A stretch of 64,000 nucleotides of DNA. Source: Anthoceros angustus (Eukaryota > Plantae > Anthocerotophyta). The DNA lies in NCBI GenBank assembly GCA_010909165.1, contig MU008197.1:372001-436000 (forward strand), read 5' to 3'. Below are positions 37,698 through 50,218 of this stretch, in pieces; the first letter of the stretch is position 1; the number at the start of each line of letters is the position of its first letter. A program made the translations under genes and the position numbers. The notes beneath the pieces were generated by a model. That model worked only from the letters and a program-made list of their open reading frames with translations. It searched no databases and was not told where the DNA came from.

Positions 37698-39593
37698 ATG
37701 GCGTCGCCTCCAGACATCCCGACTGACGAGAAGTGGGTGCGTGCGCGAGAGGACTGGAGGCGTTCGCGAGAGAAAAAGGTTTGTGGACAAAGGTGTGCAT
37801 TGTTGAAAAATTAATGGACTCCTGACCTCTGTTCATGTGTGATCAGGTTCTGATTCCCATAGCGAAGGGGACTGAAGAGATAGAGGCTGTCATTCTAGCC
37901 TCCATTCTGCGCAGAGCAGGTGCTGTGGTTACTGTAGCGTCGGTTGAAGACGGCCTACAAGTTGTGGCTTCCAGGAATGTGAAGTTGGAGGCCGATGTTC
38001 TCATTGCGGGTTGCAAAGACGGAATCTACGATCTCGTGGTTCTTCCTGTATGTGATTGTTATCTCTGGTGTTGGTTAGGAAAAATTTTCCGATTCTTCAG
38101 ACAGAGTCCGAGTGGGGTGACCTCATGATCAGGGAGGTATGCCAGGTTCTGAGCGCTTGCGGGACTGCAGTATTTTGAAAGAGATTACACAAGCTCAAGC
38201 AAGCAGCAAACGACTTATTGGTGGAATCTCTGCCGCTCCTCCTATTGCCCTGGAAAGCTGGGGTCTTCTGAAGAATGTTAAGGTAACTGCGACCTTTGAA
38301 TGATTCCAGTCAGGATGTCACTTCTTGCATAATTTCCCAGGGTTTGATGTTTTTAATATTTTATCAGCTATTGGGGACTGGTATCCTTTCTTTTCCAGGC
38401 AACCTGTCATCCCCTGTTCAGAGAACACCTATCGAACCCCCGGTTTGCGGATGCCAGGGTACTCAAAGATGGAATTGTGACCACTAGTCGGGGCCCTGGT
38501 ACAGCTATGGAGTTTGCACTTTCTTTGGTGGAACAGCTATATGACGACTTGGTGGTGAAGGAGCTTTTCAGGAAGCTGGTACAGCAGCCAGTCCGGCACA
38601 AGTTTTAAGAGCAAAGTGCATGATGTTTCGGGGTAAAGCTTCGCGAGCATGTTCATCTGAGGCCCGTTTACAATGCATGATCAGGTCATGCGCTGTCCAA
38701 ATGCCGATGAGCCATTCAAGGTGGAGCACGATCTGCAGTATTGGACTGTGGGATTCCCATCACAAGTGTTTACTGTGAGTAGTGCCCTCCGACTTTGTCA
38801 TCTACCTTTCAGCAACCTGTAGCTTAGCAGCATATGGTATATGATGTCAGGCTCTTGTACCTGTTGCTACCGGGTCCGAAGAAATGGAGACAGTAATTAT
38901 CGTGGATGTGCTGAGGAGAGCAGGAGTACATGTGGTCGTTGCATCAATAGAGACCGACCTTAAGATTGTAGCCACCAGGGGTGTCAAGATTGCGGCAGAC
39001 AAGCTCCTAAAAGATGTGTTGTCATCGAAGTTCGACATTGTGATCATACCGGTAATCGTCCATTCGATTCCCAATCTCGAGAGAGCATGGGCGGAGTTTG
39101 CTGCCACAGCTGTTTCATACTTCCCGATTCATTGTAATGCCATGTTTTCGCAGGGTGGTTTTCCAGGGGCAGTGAGGCTCGCTAAGTGCGAACCCCTGGT
39201 TACGTTGTTGCGCCAGCAGATGGATGAAAAAAGAATCCTAGCGGCAATTTGTGCAGCGCCCGTCCTTGTTCTGCAAGCGAAGGGTTTGCTGAAAGTAAGC
39301 CGTAGATCTCTCCCCTTGCCCCTGGTATTCGTGAGCCTTCCAATGTTGGTGCAACAGGCTAACCCGTCTCATTGGTCGGCCTGTAGGGCAAGAAGGCCAC
39401 GGCTCATCCTTCGCTGTGTCACCTACTTGCTGATCACAGCGCCGAAAAGATGCGAGTTGTTATTGATGGCCTTGTTGCAACCAGTCGAGGACCCGGCACA
39501 GCCATCGAATTTGTTTTGGCAATCGTGGAGAAGCTGTTTGGACGTGACACCGCGCTGGCAATTGCGGGGCCGATGCTCTTCCCTTATGCATGA
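37698..39593 (+). CDS. DJ1: Two-domain DJ-1/PfpI family protein (DJ-1B/C-like)
   Basis: [42 protein letters not shown] in domain 1; [44 protein letters not shown] in domain 2. In-frame GT-AG exons. Confidence 0.92.
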
Positions 39594-40399
39594 CTGCTAT
39601 GCGTGCAGGGGCCAGCAACATGCCAACGTTCTGTCACCTTATACTTGCAAGCTTGCAAGCTTGCAAGCTTCTCATCCTGCAGAGTTTGCTTTCAAGGAGT
39701 AATCTACATGTCATTGCGAGGAGGGGGCGTGGCGGTAAGCAGTCGCACGTGCGTGCGGATTTGAGGTGGTCGCGACCATGTCGCCGGAGTTGCAAAGTTC
39801 AAGTGGGGATGGAAATGACGGCCGTGACAATTGTTGCCCCAAGGCACCTCCTTGGTCTGGGAATGTCTCGTGTCGATTGCCAGTTGATTGGGTGGACGCA
39901 CTCGAGGGTGCAAGGTGGAACCTCCTGAGAATTCGTCTCGCTCTCCCCCTGACTTTCTCAGGCTTGCGATACCGAGTAACTTGTTATGTAGGCACGCTTG
40001 TTCCCCTTTAGCTCAAATGAACAAGTTCTGCTTTGGTAGTGAAGGATAAGGATGCCTCCAGGCTTGCTTTGTGCTTGTTCTTGTGATATTTTGACTTGAC
40101 GTGCAGGAAGTGGCTTTTCTGAAGGTGTGCTCACCAGGGCGTTGTGTGGATTACTGTATATACTACACTACCTGTTGGTGTTCGTGGGTTGTAAACACAG
40201 CAGGAGTCAGGTGCAGGTTACCAGGTTGGAGCAAGTGTAAAATTGTGAGAGATCCCCAAATGTCTGACAAGGTGTAAAGGATAAGGCAGTTGGGATACTC
40301 GGTCACTTGTACTGGATTACGCTACGCTTTCGATTCGACTGTCACCTTATCTCCCTCGATCAGTTTTCTAATCCTGTAGAGTTTGCTTGGAAGCTGGAA

Positions 40400-41460
40400 T
40401 GAAGCTGTGATTGCTAGGAGGGGCGTGGCGGCAATTCAAGGTGGTGGCAACCATGTTGCCGGTGAGCCCCCGACAGAGCGGCTCGACCTTCATACTGCGA
40501 AGGTCACCGGGTCGCCAGACGTCGGTGGAAGGAGATGGGCAGAAGGAGGTCAAGGCAGAGGATGGGTCGGCAGGGATGCGGAGGAAGCGTGTGACAGACG
40601 GCCCGGCGAGGGTGGTGTTGGGATCTCGTTATCTGAAGATGTTCTCGGCCAAGGGCTACCTGGCATGTGAAGAACACACTGTTGCTAGCACGACGGTGCA
40701 AGGCGTGACGGCCAGGGGTAGCGTGCCTACAATCCCCGCTCTGGAAGCGTTCGTGCGCAGCGTGATCGACGCCGATCCGGCCTACGTGCACCTGCTGAAG
40801 GATGGAGCGTTCCGCATCAAGCTCTCCGCTCCCTCGGACGCAGACCTGCTACTGCAATGCGACAAGCTGTTTGGTGACGGGCTCCCGCTCGTCTTGGAAA
40901 GATGGAGTGCGGACAGGGTGGTGGAGAGCGATGAACTGCGGAAACGATTTGTGTGGGTGGCCATGCCTGGCCTCCCCCTCCACTTGGTCAACATGGCCGA
41001 TGACATGATCGCCCAGATCGGCCGAGTTGTTATCGTCCCTGGGCCTCGCGCGTTCCTGGAGTCTGCGGGCAGTCCCAGGTGGGGCATCAAGGTTGCACCG
41101 GGTACGCAGCTACCCAAAGGAATCTGTGTGGAAGATCCAGACGATTCAGGCAAGGTCATCTGGCAGAAATTCTACTATCCGGAGTTGCAAGGTCGCTGCA
41201 CCTCGTGTGGCGATGAAAATGATCACCGTAGCAAGGGTTGCCCCAAGCCAACCCCTTGGAATGGCCTCTCTCGTTTCCCCGATCCCAAGCCTTGATCCTT
41301 GCTCCTTCATCTGAAATGCCAGGGAAGAATTCGGCTCTTCTCCGTGACTTTCTCATGAGGCTTTGGCACAGGCGGTGGCACGATTCACTAAAACCAGACA
41401 CCACACTTGCCCAATTATTCATGATTTTAAGTTTTTACTTCATCAAAGCTTATTTATATT
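40400..41460 (+). mobile_element. L1-clade LINE ORF1 (DUF4283 plus CCHC zinc knuckle), truncated
   Basis: LVLERWS, VWVAMPGLPLHL, IAQIGRV, FYYPELQGRCTSCGDENDHRSKGCP. No ORF2 follows; AATAAA at ~41463. Confidence 0.8.
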
Positions 41461-42464
41461 GAAATAAAATATATCCCCTATGTAGTTCTGTACACCTACC
41501 TATGTATGGTATGTATGTATGTATCAAAAACTTGATGACGCGGCAGACCACTACCCGTAGACGGAGTCGGGTACGGTGCGGTAACTCTGTGTGGACGTTG
41601 CATTGCGAAAGAATCCTGGTTATGCATGTATAATTAGGACAGTCACTTGTTGGAGTGCAGTGAATGGCAAGGGATGGCGGGCCCTGGTGCTTACAATATA
41701 GCAACCGTCCAGCAGTAAAGGCGGAGACAGAGTCAGCTTTGGTCCCGTTGATGGCGCGAATTCAATGCGATCTGGCCCAATCAGACAAGTGGGTAGGCTA
41801 TGGAGTAGGGACTGCGAAGCTGCGGGGCGCGTGCCGGGCTCTCTGCCATTCCCTGCCCGGGCCGGCTACAGCATTGCGGCCGCTCGCAGCTGCAGCCGGC
41901 CTGGTGGCGAGACTCCTTCCCATGACTCTGTCGTTTTTGTGTTTCCTTCTTCTTGACAGTGTCTGTTTGCTCGCACTGAGTCCTACTGGTGTGCTTGTTG
42001 TTTGACTGGGGTGAAACCGCGTTGAAGCTTTCCCGGCGTGATTCGGTGTTGCGATTCCTTTGTTTTTGCAGGAGCTTTGCTGGAGGAGCTCATCAGGCTT
42101 GGGAGGGATGCGAGCTGTGCACCGTCTTCCTCCTCTCTTATTCGTCCTCATCTTCATCTGCTCCTACCGGCATTGCTCCCCTCCCGGACTCCGCCCCGCC
42201 GCTCCCCTGTGTTGAGGTTGCACATCTTCGGTCAGGATTCATGAATCCGGCGGGGCTGGGAGGCTGTCTGCTGTGTTGCCGCGCCAGGCTCAGCTGCGCG
42301 CCGCCTATCCCCACCGTTCTGTGGATGTTTTCCCCGTCCTGGCGGTCCAGACTCTAGCGTGATGCTGTTTCACATTGTGCGGTAGCGCGGGAGGTCGGCT
42401 ATCTCGCAGCGAGCTTGCCATCCCGATATCATTTTTTCTTGGATACATATATCTATATCTCAGC

Positions 42465-43460
42465 ATGGAGAAGTCCAAGCGGAGCCCTGGCAGCCCCTCC
42501 GGGCCTCACCAGTCCCTCCCTCGCAGCAGCAGCAGCAGCAGTAGGAGCACTTCCGGCGGCTTCAAACGGACTGTACGCCGAGTGATGCGAAGCTCCTCCA
42601 GAGTCTTCCGCCATAGCCGCTCCATCAAGCCCGCGGAAGCTCCCGCTGCCGCCCCGGCCCCTTCTCCGGCTGTCAACCCGGACCCGACGGACGGCACTGG
42701 CACTGGCACTGGCAGAGACATGCATGGCAGAGGCCCTAGCAGCAGCGATGGCGGATCAGGATCAGGAGCAGGAGCAGGAGCAGGGATAGGCAGCAAGGAG
42801 ACGGCGATCGAGACACGGGCGGACGAGGACGGGAAGAAAAAAAAGTCGGGATGGACGGCCCTCTTCAGGCCGGTGACGGGGCTGGTGAAGGCGTACATAA
42901 ACTTCATGATGCGGCCCACGCCGGACGAGGATGGCTACACCCCGGGCTCCCAGATCGGGCTGAGCAACCCGACGCTCGGCGGGAACTCGTCCCGGGCGCC
43001 GTCCCCGGTTCCGTCCCCGCGCGCGACCGGGACCCCGGGCCCCGCCTCCTCCCGGTCGCACCCGGCCGCGTACCGGCCGTCGCAGTCGGGCCCCATTCCA
43101 GCCAGGACCCGGCAGCGGCACCCGTCCGGTCGGCGGTACCCGCACTCGGGCCCGCTCCCGGGCGACCACGACCGGTCGCACCTGGTGCACTCGGACAGCC
43201 GGAGGTACTCGGGGGAGCTGCGCAAGGACGGGGAGCTCCTGAAACGCCGCACTGCAGAGGAGGTGGCGCGTGACGCCGTCGTGGGCCAGGCTGTGGTGTT
43301 CGGCCCCGGCAAGCCCACACCCCCACCCAAGGGGCGGGTCGTGGAGGAAGAGGAAGAACTCGTTTTCGCCATGCCTCCGCTTCCGCCCTCCGCCTATGCT
43401 CCCCGCCTTTTCGCCGTTGCGGAAGAAGCGGGCACGCCACGTGGCGTCTCGCTCCGGTAA
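42465..43460 (+). CDS. Intronless GC-rich orphan, 331-aa S/R/G/P-rich, probably disordered protein
   Basis: Long ORF whose ATG follows an atctcag acceptor; codons mostly G/C-ending; convergent with FAO. No domain recognised. Confidence 0.55.
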   Translation: MEKSKRSPGSPSGPHQSLPRSSSSSSRSTSGGFKRTVRRVMRSSSRVFRHSRSIKPAEAPAAAPAPSPAVNPDPTDGTGTGTGRDMHGRGPSSSDGGSGSGAGAGAGIGSKETAIETRADEDGKKKKSGWTALFRPVTGLVKAYINFMMRPTPDEDGYTPGSQIGLSNPTLGGNSSRAPSPVPSPRATGTPGPASSRSHPAAYRPSQSGPIPARTRQRHPSGRRYPHSGPLPGDHDRSHLVHSDSRRYSGELRKDGELLKRRTAEEVARDAVVGQAVVFGPGKPTPPPKGRVVEEEEELVFAMPPLPPSAYAPRLFAVAEEAGTPRGVSLR

Positions 43461-43740
43461 CCATATTCCACCGGCCGCTCACGCCTCGCTGCAGGTTCTA
43501 GGCATGAAGCCTGCCACTCAGTCCGTGTCTACCTACCCCTCCTTGTACAAGTAGCCAACACTGTTTCGCTTATTTCGAAAATCATCTATCGGTGATATCC
43601 ATGTCTGTTTAGCGACGACTCGTCATATAGATTTGAATGTCATCGACCGATGGGATGTCGGTCAGTCTACTTCACTGGGAAGACGAAGGTTCTGGTTCGA
43701 ATTCGCTCCGGTACTAACGCCGCGCGTAATGAATGGCCTC

Positions 43741-46595
43741 TCAATCGGCAGCGGTCTCGAGAAACTCCCTGACAGCCTGGGCGGTGCAGTACGCGATGGA
43801 TTGAACGGTAATCATGGGGTTGACGCCGGAGGCGGTCGGGAAGACGCTGGCGTCACCGAGGAAGAGGCCCAGGGCGTCCCAGGCGTGGCCGTCCTGGTCG
43901 ACGACGGAAGACCGGGGGTCGACGCCCATGCGGCAGCTGCCCATCTGATGAGCGGTTAGAATGGGCGACCGGAGATTGTTGAGGCCCCGCGCCAAGACCC
44001 TCTGGAGGAAGGCGTCCATGTCTTCCGGCGAGGAGAGGCGAACGTCCAGAACCTCGCCGTCGGCCTGGTGCGTGCCGATTTCGGAAGCGCCGGCCGCGGC
44101 GAGCGCGCGGAGGGCCGCGACGAAGCCGTCCAAGATGTGCTGCTCGTCCAGGGGGGCGAGGCGGTAGTGCACCAGAGGCCCGCCGTTGTGGGGCGCCGTT
44201 TGTACGGATCCGCTGCCAGTATCTCGGCAGAGGGAGATGACGTGGACGGTGCGCGCGAACTTGTGCATGCGGGCCTTAAAGTCCCGGGCGGTGGTCCAGG
44301 GCATCATGATCGCGAAGCTCCCGGGGTGCAGAGTCGGGACTTCCAGTAGAGCCCCGTAGCCGGATCCTTCCCAGTCGGCAGCGACGGTGGAGTAAGCGGT
44401 CATGATGGCGCCCTCGTAGTGGACGTGATCCTCGTCCGGGAAATAGCCCCACACGCTGGGCACCGGGTGGAGATGAAGATGCTTGCCGATGTTAGGGTTG
44501 CGGAATCCTGACTTGAGGAGGAGAGGAGGCGTGTTGAGGGATCCGCACGCTACCACCGTCGCCTTGGCGCGGACCAGGAGCCTGATCCCGGATCCCAGAG
44601 ATGCCCACACGCCTCGAGCTCGTCTCGACCTCTTCCCGCCCCGCGGGAATGGAGGACGGCTTCCGCCCCTGCACCCGGCTAGGATCGCGGCGCCGGCGCG
44701 GGCCGCGTCCAGCAGCCACGTTTCCGCGGTGCTCTGCTTCTGCCCGCTGGAGCACCCGAATCCGCACCAGCCGCAATGGTGGTCCGGGGGGGCGTTCCTG
44801 GGGATGGTGCCCGCGTGGTAGCCCAGCTTCTTGCATCCCCGCCGCAGCATGGCGTTCTGGAGGCTCTCGCGTTCGATTCCTGTCTGCACGCCCGCGCGCT
44901 CGCATACCCGGTCCATGGCGTTCTGGTACCGCTCGCTGGCGAAGAGCGGGAGGTGGAGATCCTGGGACCATTCTCGGAGCACGTGCGGGGGAGTGCGGAA
45001 GCTGGCGGACCAGTTCACGGTGGATCCCCCGCCCACGGTGGAGCCGGCTATGAGGCCGATGGCGCCGTCCGAGGTGCTCAGCAGGCCGCCTCCTTCGTAC
45101 AGGGCTTGGTAGCTCGGGAGCTCCAGCAGGGACAAGTCCTGCCTGGCGAAGTAGCCTCCCTTCTCCAGCACCACCACTTTGAATCCGGCTTGTGCTAGCA
45201 CGCCCGCGATCACGCCGCCCCCTGAGCCCGACCCTACCACCACCGCGTCGCAGTCGATGCCCACCACCTCCTCCTTGCCGGGCTTGGCCTTGGGCTTCAT
45301 CTGTCGGTACAGATCCTGCATATGGGAGATGCCCTCCTCCCCCAGCAACGAGCACCCTGCTGCTGTCAGCACCTTCTCCACCCGGCCCACTCCCTGCTCC
45401 GCTGCCTCCCGTAGATCCACCACATGCTTGGCCAGGGGCCGGGTGTCTTGTTCGGACTCCCCTTCCGATTGTTTGGGCCTGACACGCCGGGGATCAGGTC
45501 CGATATACCCTATTGTGTTCCAGGTTTTGTTGCGACCAGATGAATCAACCTGCCATCAAAAGCCAACATCACCTAGCAGAAGGTAGCTTGTAACACCGTT
45601 CAGCCAGTGAAGAGCCTTCTGCCAGCTGGAAAACGAAGAGCAAACATCCACTGGGCAGATGAAGAGCAATCTGACAGCTTGAAAACGGAAAACAAGCATC
45701 CACTGGTAGGACGAACAAAAATCAGCTCATCCAGCACAACTGAAGAAAAGAATCTCATCCAGCAGAAATGAGAAAAAGCATCTCATCCAACACAAATTAA
45801 AGAGCATCTCATCCAGCAGAGGTGAACAAAAACATCCAGCAAAACGAACAAGAGCATGTCATCCACCAGAACGGACATCACACACGCACAGGCCTTTGCA
45901 GCAACACAGTCAGCCTGAATTTTGTTATACAACATTATCAGTCTTTGCAAAACAGTCACAGCTGGAAGGAAGGAAGGAGTAACTGCGGGAAAAGGCAGAA
46001 ACCTGAGCGAAGTACACCACAACGGTGAGACTCTTGAAAATCTTGAAGATGACTCGGAGCAGCAGAATGGAGCTCAAGCACCAGCTCCTCAGGATGCTCT
46101 CCTGCCGCTCCAAGGGCAGGTCACCGAATTTTTGCACAAAAGGGAATCTTAAGGTGAAACAAAACCGCCCGCCCAGAAGAAGAGTTCCCAGGCGGGATGA
46201 AAGCAACCACACTACGAGGCTCATGAGGCCCACAGCTGTCGGATCGAGCCACTTACACAAGATCCCAGCCACCTGCAAGAAACAGCGTCAGCAATCCCCT
46301 CCCATCCCAAAACCCCGGATCCTGTAGATGCGAATAGTATTTGGAATTGAGCACAAACCTTTTCAGGCACTCCTGCGGCAGATGCGGACAGCTCATACAA
46401 GTCCTTGGCATCGCCTTCGGATGGGATAGACGGCAACAAGGCATCGCAGACAGCAGAAAGCGCCGCCACTTGCTTGGCCGAAAGGCTGTGAGACTGAGGA
46501 TCGTCTCCCCCACCGCACAGCAGTGGATGTCCCAACGATGCCACTGCGCCATTTACGGCGGGCTTCAAATCCAAGACAGCACCATCTGCAGTCAT
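43741..46595 (-). CDS. FAO: Long-chain fatty alcohol oxidase (GMC oxidoreductase), 3 exons, ~771 aa
   Basis: Exons 46595-46359, 46272-46003 and 45549-43741, all phase 0. HPLL..G, L.AVCDALLPS, DAVVVGSGSGGGV.A.VLA.AG.KV.VLEKG, AGSTVGGGSTVNW, heme-like CGWCGFGC, TAHQMGSCRMG, DASVFPTASGVNPMIT. Confidence 0.93.
45630..45880. repeat. Degenerate ~28-bp repeats (core catccagca) inside FAO intron 2
   Basis: Recurrent (ct)catcca(g/c)ca motifs read directly. Confidence 0.6.
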
Positions 46596-49500
46596 TGTGG
46601 GTTCACTACCACCTCAGAAACCAATGATTCCCTCCTACACCCGGGCAGAGCACAGAAGCAGATATAGCGCATGCGGTGAGGAGAAGCTTCATTAACGAGA
46701 AAATCCAGGCTTGATATCCCACGTCTGTAACAGAATCGTGAATTGCGCTACATGCTACTGAAGGGCCACACTCTGGCCGGCGGCAACACCACCTGTCATT
46801 GCGCTGCAACTGCCAGACACACATTCCGCATGCACACACCTGACGTGTTGTCTGCAGCATCGCGGAAATTCGTGTCATCCGCATCATCCTCCATGAGCAG
46901 ACTCCTTCCAAGCCCAGATTCCAAGCCTCTGGTGATTGCAGCCAGGCAACGGCGTGCGTTCGATCCGTTCCCCAGTCACCAGTCACCTGAACCTTGCCGC
47001 GCCCTATGCGGCTGGGCTCACCGGTGGATGTGACCCAGAACCGTGGCGTACATGGAAGGCAGAGCTATCGACAGGGAGGCAAGTTCCCTGGTCAAGTGGA
47101 GTCTGCGGAATTCCTATTATAATCTGCTCTCTATTCATTGCTCTGTCTACACGCTGCACCTACTGCGCCCCTGGGATTCTGTTCTCTGATGTCAGGCTGA
47201 TTGAGAGAGGCTGCCATCGCCGACTGGATTCTCATCAGCCTTCCATCAGCTCGCCATGCCTAGTGCTACAGAAGCGATTTGCACGGCTGGGATATTTCTG
47301 ACTGGGTTGCGGACTCATTGTCTTATTTTGGTGGGCGTCTGGATTAGCTTTCTGCTGGGCTGGTCCAATCCGGCGCTTTGCCGAGGTATTGGGATGAGAA
47401 GGCATGCCAGCACTGTCAGGGCCCTCCGCGAAGGGACTGCGACGAGGAAGCTTCTTCATCGGTGAGAGATTGGCTGCCCAGTGTCCTCTTCTGATGAGAG
47501 ACTCCAATCTGGCTGCCAACGCACGAGGCGGGTGGTACTAGCCTAAACACGTACAGGTTGCGGTGTGCAAATTCGTAACGGCTCACTTGCGGAAAGGAAA
47601 GTCCGTGGGTAAATCTGGAAGGTAGATCAACAGCATGGACACTGGACAGGGTGGCAGGTGCTTTGTATGTACACGGCATTGCAAGCCGGGCACAAAGAGT
47701 AAAAGGCTTGCAGCGTGTTTCGAGTCTTGTTACAACAACTGCCAAGCAGCACGAGCATGGCAGCATTACAATCACTCATCATCACTCACGCCCTCACTTT
47801 TGTCGTCAAGTGTCCTCAGATCCTCAGCTGGTAGCGTGTCCTTCACACCATTAGGCACAAATGGATTCAAGCGTTAGGCCAGGCGGCCAAGAAAGTGTGA
47901 CCACCATCGGGCCAATTCAGGAAGGATCTAAGGGAAAACCTCATCCCAGTCTTTCAGTTTGCCTTTGCTACGTACGCAGAAAGTTGGCTTTAAGATGGAC
48001 CAGCCTGGTGCCGCCTCCTCTGCCTGGATACCAACAGACAGTGGTCAGCCAGCTTTCCGAACAATGTGACACCGGTAGGTTGCCCAACAACAAGGCATGC
48101 GTCATATGTGGTTCATCATCTGAATCTGACTCCGATACTCACTATGTAGCCCGTGACTTGTCAGTACTCGCGGATGCAACCAGCTTTAGGTCCGCCACAA
48201 ATGCAGATTTGCTCTTCTTTGTCACTGCTGCAGTCATGAGAAATTGCAAGTCTGTGAGGCCCTCGCCGAGGCAAGGATAACGCAGACCTGCAGGTTGGAG
48301 TTTTGTACTCAAGCAAGCAGTCGAATTCGAGCTACACGATTATCTTTCACACGTTTAGTGGAATCACTTGGGGACAGCAGGTTGTATCTTTGTCAAAAGC
48401 TTTGCGGATCTGCAATAGACAACAAGATCATTGCATCAGCGTGCTGACGTGTACAGATAAGACTTGCTGCAGAAGAGTAGGGTCTCAACTTCCTAAGCAT
48501 GGCAGTGGGGAAAGTATCACCCAAGTCCATAGCTGTGGGTAATGCCTTCCAAACCTCTCATCATACGCTCAAGGCTTTTAGACCCAAGTTCCTGACCAGC
48601 AAATGTCGTAGGGTGGAGGAGGACGCAGATAAGGACCGCTAGCCGCATTAAAAAGCAAAGACAACTGGTGATGTTCAGCACATGTACTTTAAAGCACACA
48701 AGAACTGTCACCATACACGACAGAGATGAAAATCAGTTGCCGACCTGTAACGAAAAGACCAGATCAAATATCTCCTCGGATGGCAGGTTGCTGAAAGTAT
48801 GTTCATGTTTGACTACAGGAAAGTGGAAGCACGTGCCCCAGCTCAAGTTTCTGCAAGGAATCCACCACATGAAACAAAAATTTGAATGGGAACAGCTGCC
48901 CAGCTCCAAGGATGCCAAGTAGAACCCAACGTGAAAACTGAAGAAACGTCACCTGTGTCTTTTTCTTCCTTGATGAGTTTCGTGCTTTGCTGTTGGGGTC
49001 TTCCAAATTCTTGGCTACCGAGTTCTTGGCCTCAGCTAACACAGGGCCCTGCACATCACTTAATTCCATGTCCACAGCGGCCTCCACAAACATGAGCAAA
49101 ATTCGGTCCACCATGCTGAAGTTTCCGACGAGTTACCACGACACACGTGACGAAGGAAAGAAGGAAAAACCGAAAACCTGCAGGAGAAGGATGAGGAACT
49201 GGCTTCTTCATAGTTTTGTACAAAGCTGGACCGTAGGCGGCTTGAAACCCTCCCACGGCTTCTCCATCCGCGGAGTCTTGTCGGAGTCCTCGGATTGGGG
49301 ACAGTGGCTTGTTTCAGTTAGATGGACGAAAAAGGGACAGAAAAGTAAAATGATAATTCTTTCCTTTTTTCTCCCCTTTTGTAACTATGTGCACATCAAT
49401 ATCCGAATACAATTGATTAGGCTAGCGTGTCCAATAAAATCCTGGCTCGGGCAATAGGAGGGCCACGTCATTATCCGTCGGCAAACGGAGGGACCGAAAA

Positions 49501-49733
49501 CTGACAGACTGACACTGTGAGACTACTGTACCTATCAAAAAGAGGACGCTTCTATGCGCTCTTTCGGGCCATGAATAATCGTGTACCTTGCGGTTTGTTT
49601 GAATTTTTTTGTGTATTTTTTATTTGTTGGGAAGGTGGGAGGAAAATATGTGAAGTTCATCGTAAAAGGTGATGAAGAAGTAGGGCCACATCCTAGAAAT
49701 TGTAAATGTGTGTCCAGATGGCTTAGGCCAAAT

Positions 49734-50218
49734 GGACACACATTTATAAGAACTTCGTGATCAAGCATCCTGTGCTTAGATCCGTACTTAGATGAGGTAC
49801 CTAAAGGGACACACATTTATAAGAACTTCGTGATCAAGCATCCTATGCTTAGATCTGTACTTAGATGAGGTACCTAAAGGGAGTGGATGCCCTTGGTGCA
49901 AGTAGCTTAGGCACACCATGGTACAAGTTGTTAAGTACCTATCAAGTTTTATGATGGAAATTCGTCCTTAGTGGGCTTAAATAAAATTATTCTTTTTCTT
50001 CTTCTAGCACTTTAAGGTCAACATAAATTAGTAGAATAAAAAATATTAAACAGGGAGTGGATACCCCTAGTGCAAGTAGCTTAAGCACACCATGGTACAA
50101 GTTAAGTACAAGTCTTATGACGGAAATCCATCCTTAGTGGACTTAAATAAAATTCTTCTTCTGCTTTTTCAAGCACTTTAAGATCAACATAAATTAGTAG
50201 AATAAAAATATTAAACAT
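49734..50218. repeat. Nested direct duplications (~73 bp x2, then ~174 bp x2), related to the 15.5-kb repeat family
   Basis: ggacacacatttataag at 49734 and 49807; gggagtggat.ccc..gtgcaagtagctta at 49879 and 50053. Confidence 0.85.

Noticed and set aside
43650-43715. tRNA-like GGTTCGAAT motif
   Set aside because: No acceptor, D or anticodon stems fold around it; no tRNA or rRNA genes were found in the window.
42453-45586. Many long overlapping alternative-frame and antisense ORFs
   Set aside because: Expected from very high GC and G/C-ending codons in FAO and the 42.5-kb ORF; they have no recognisable motifs.
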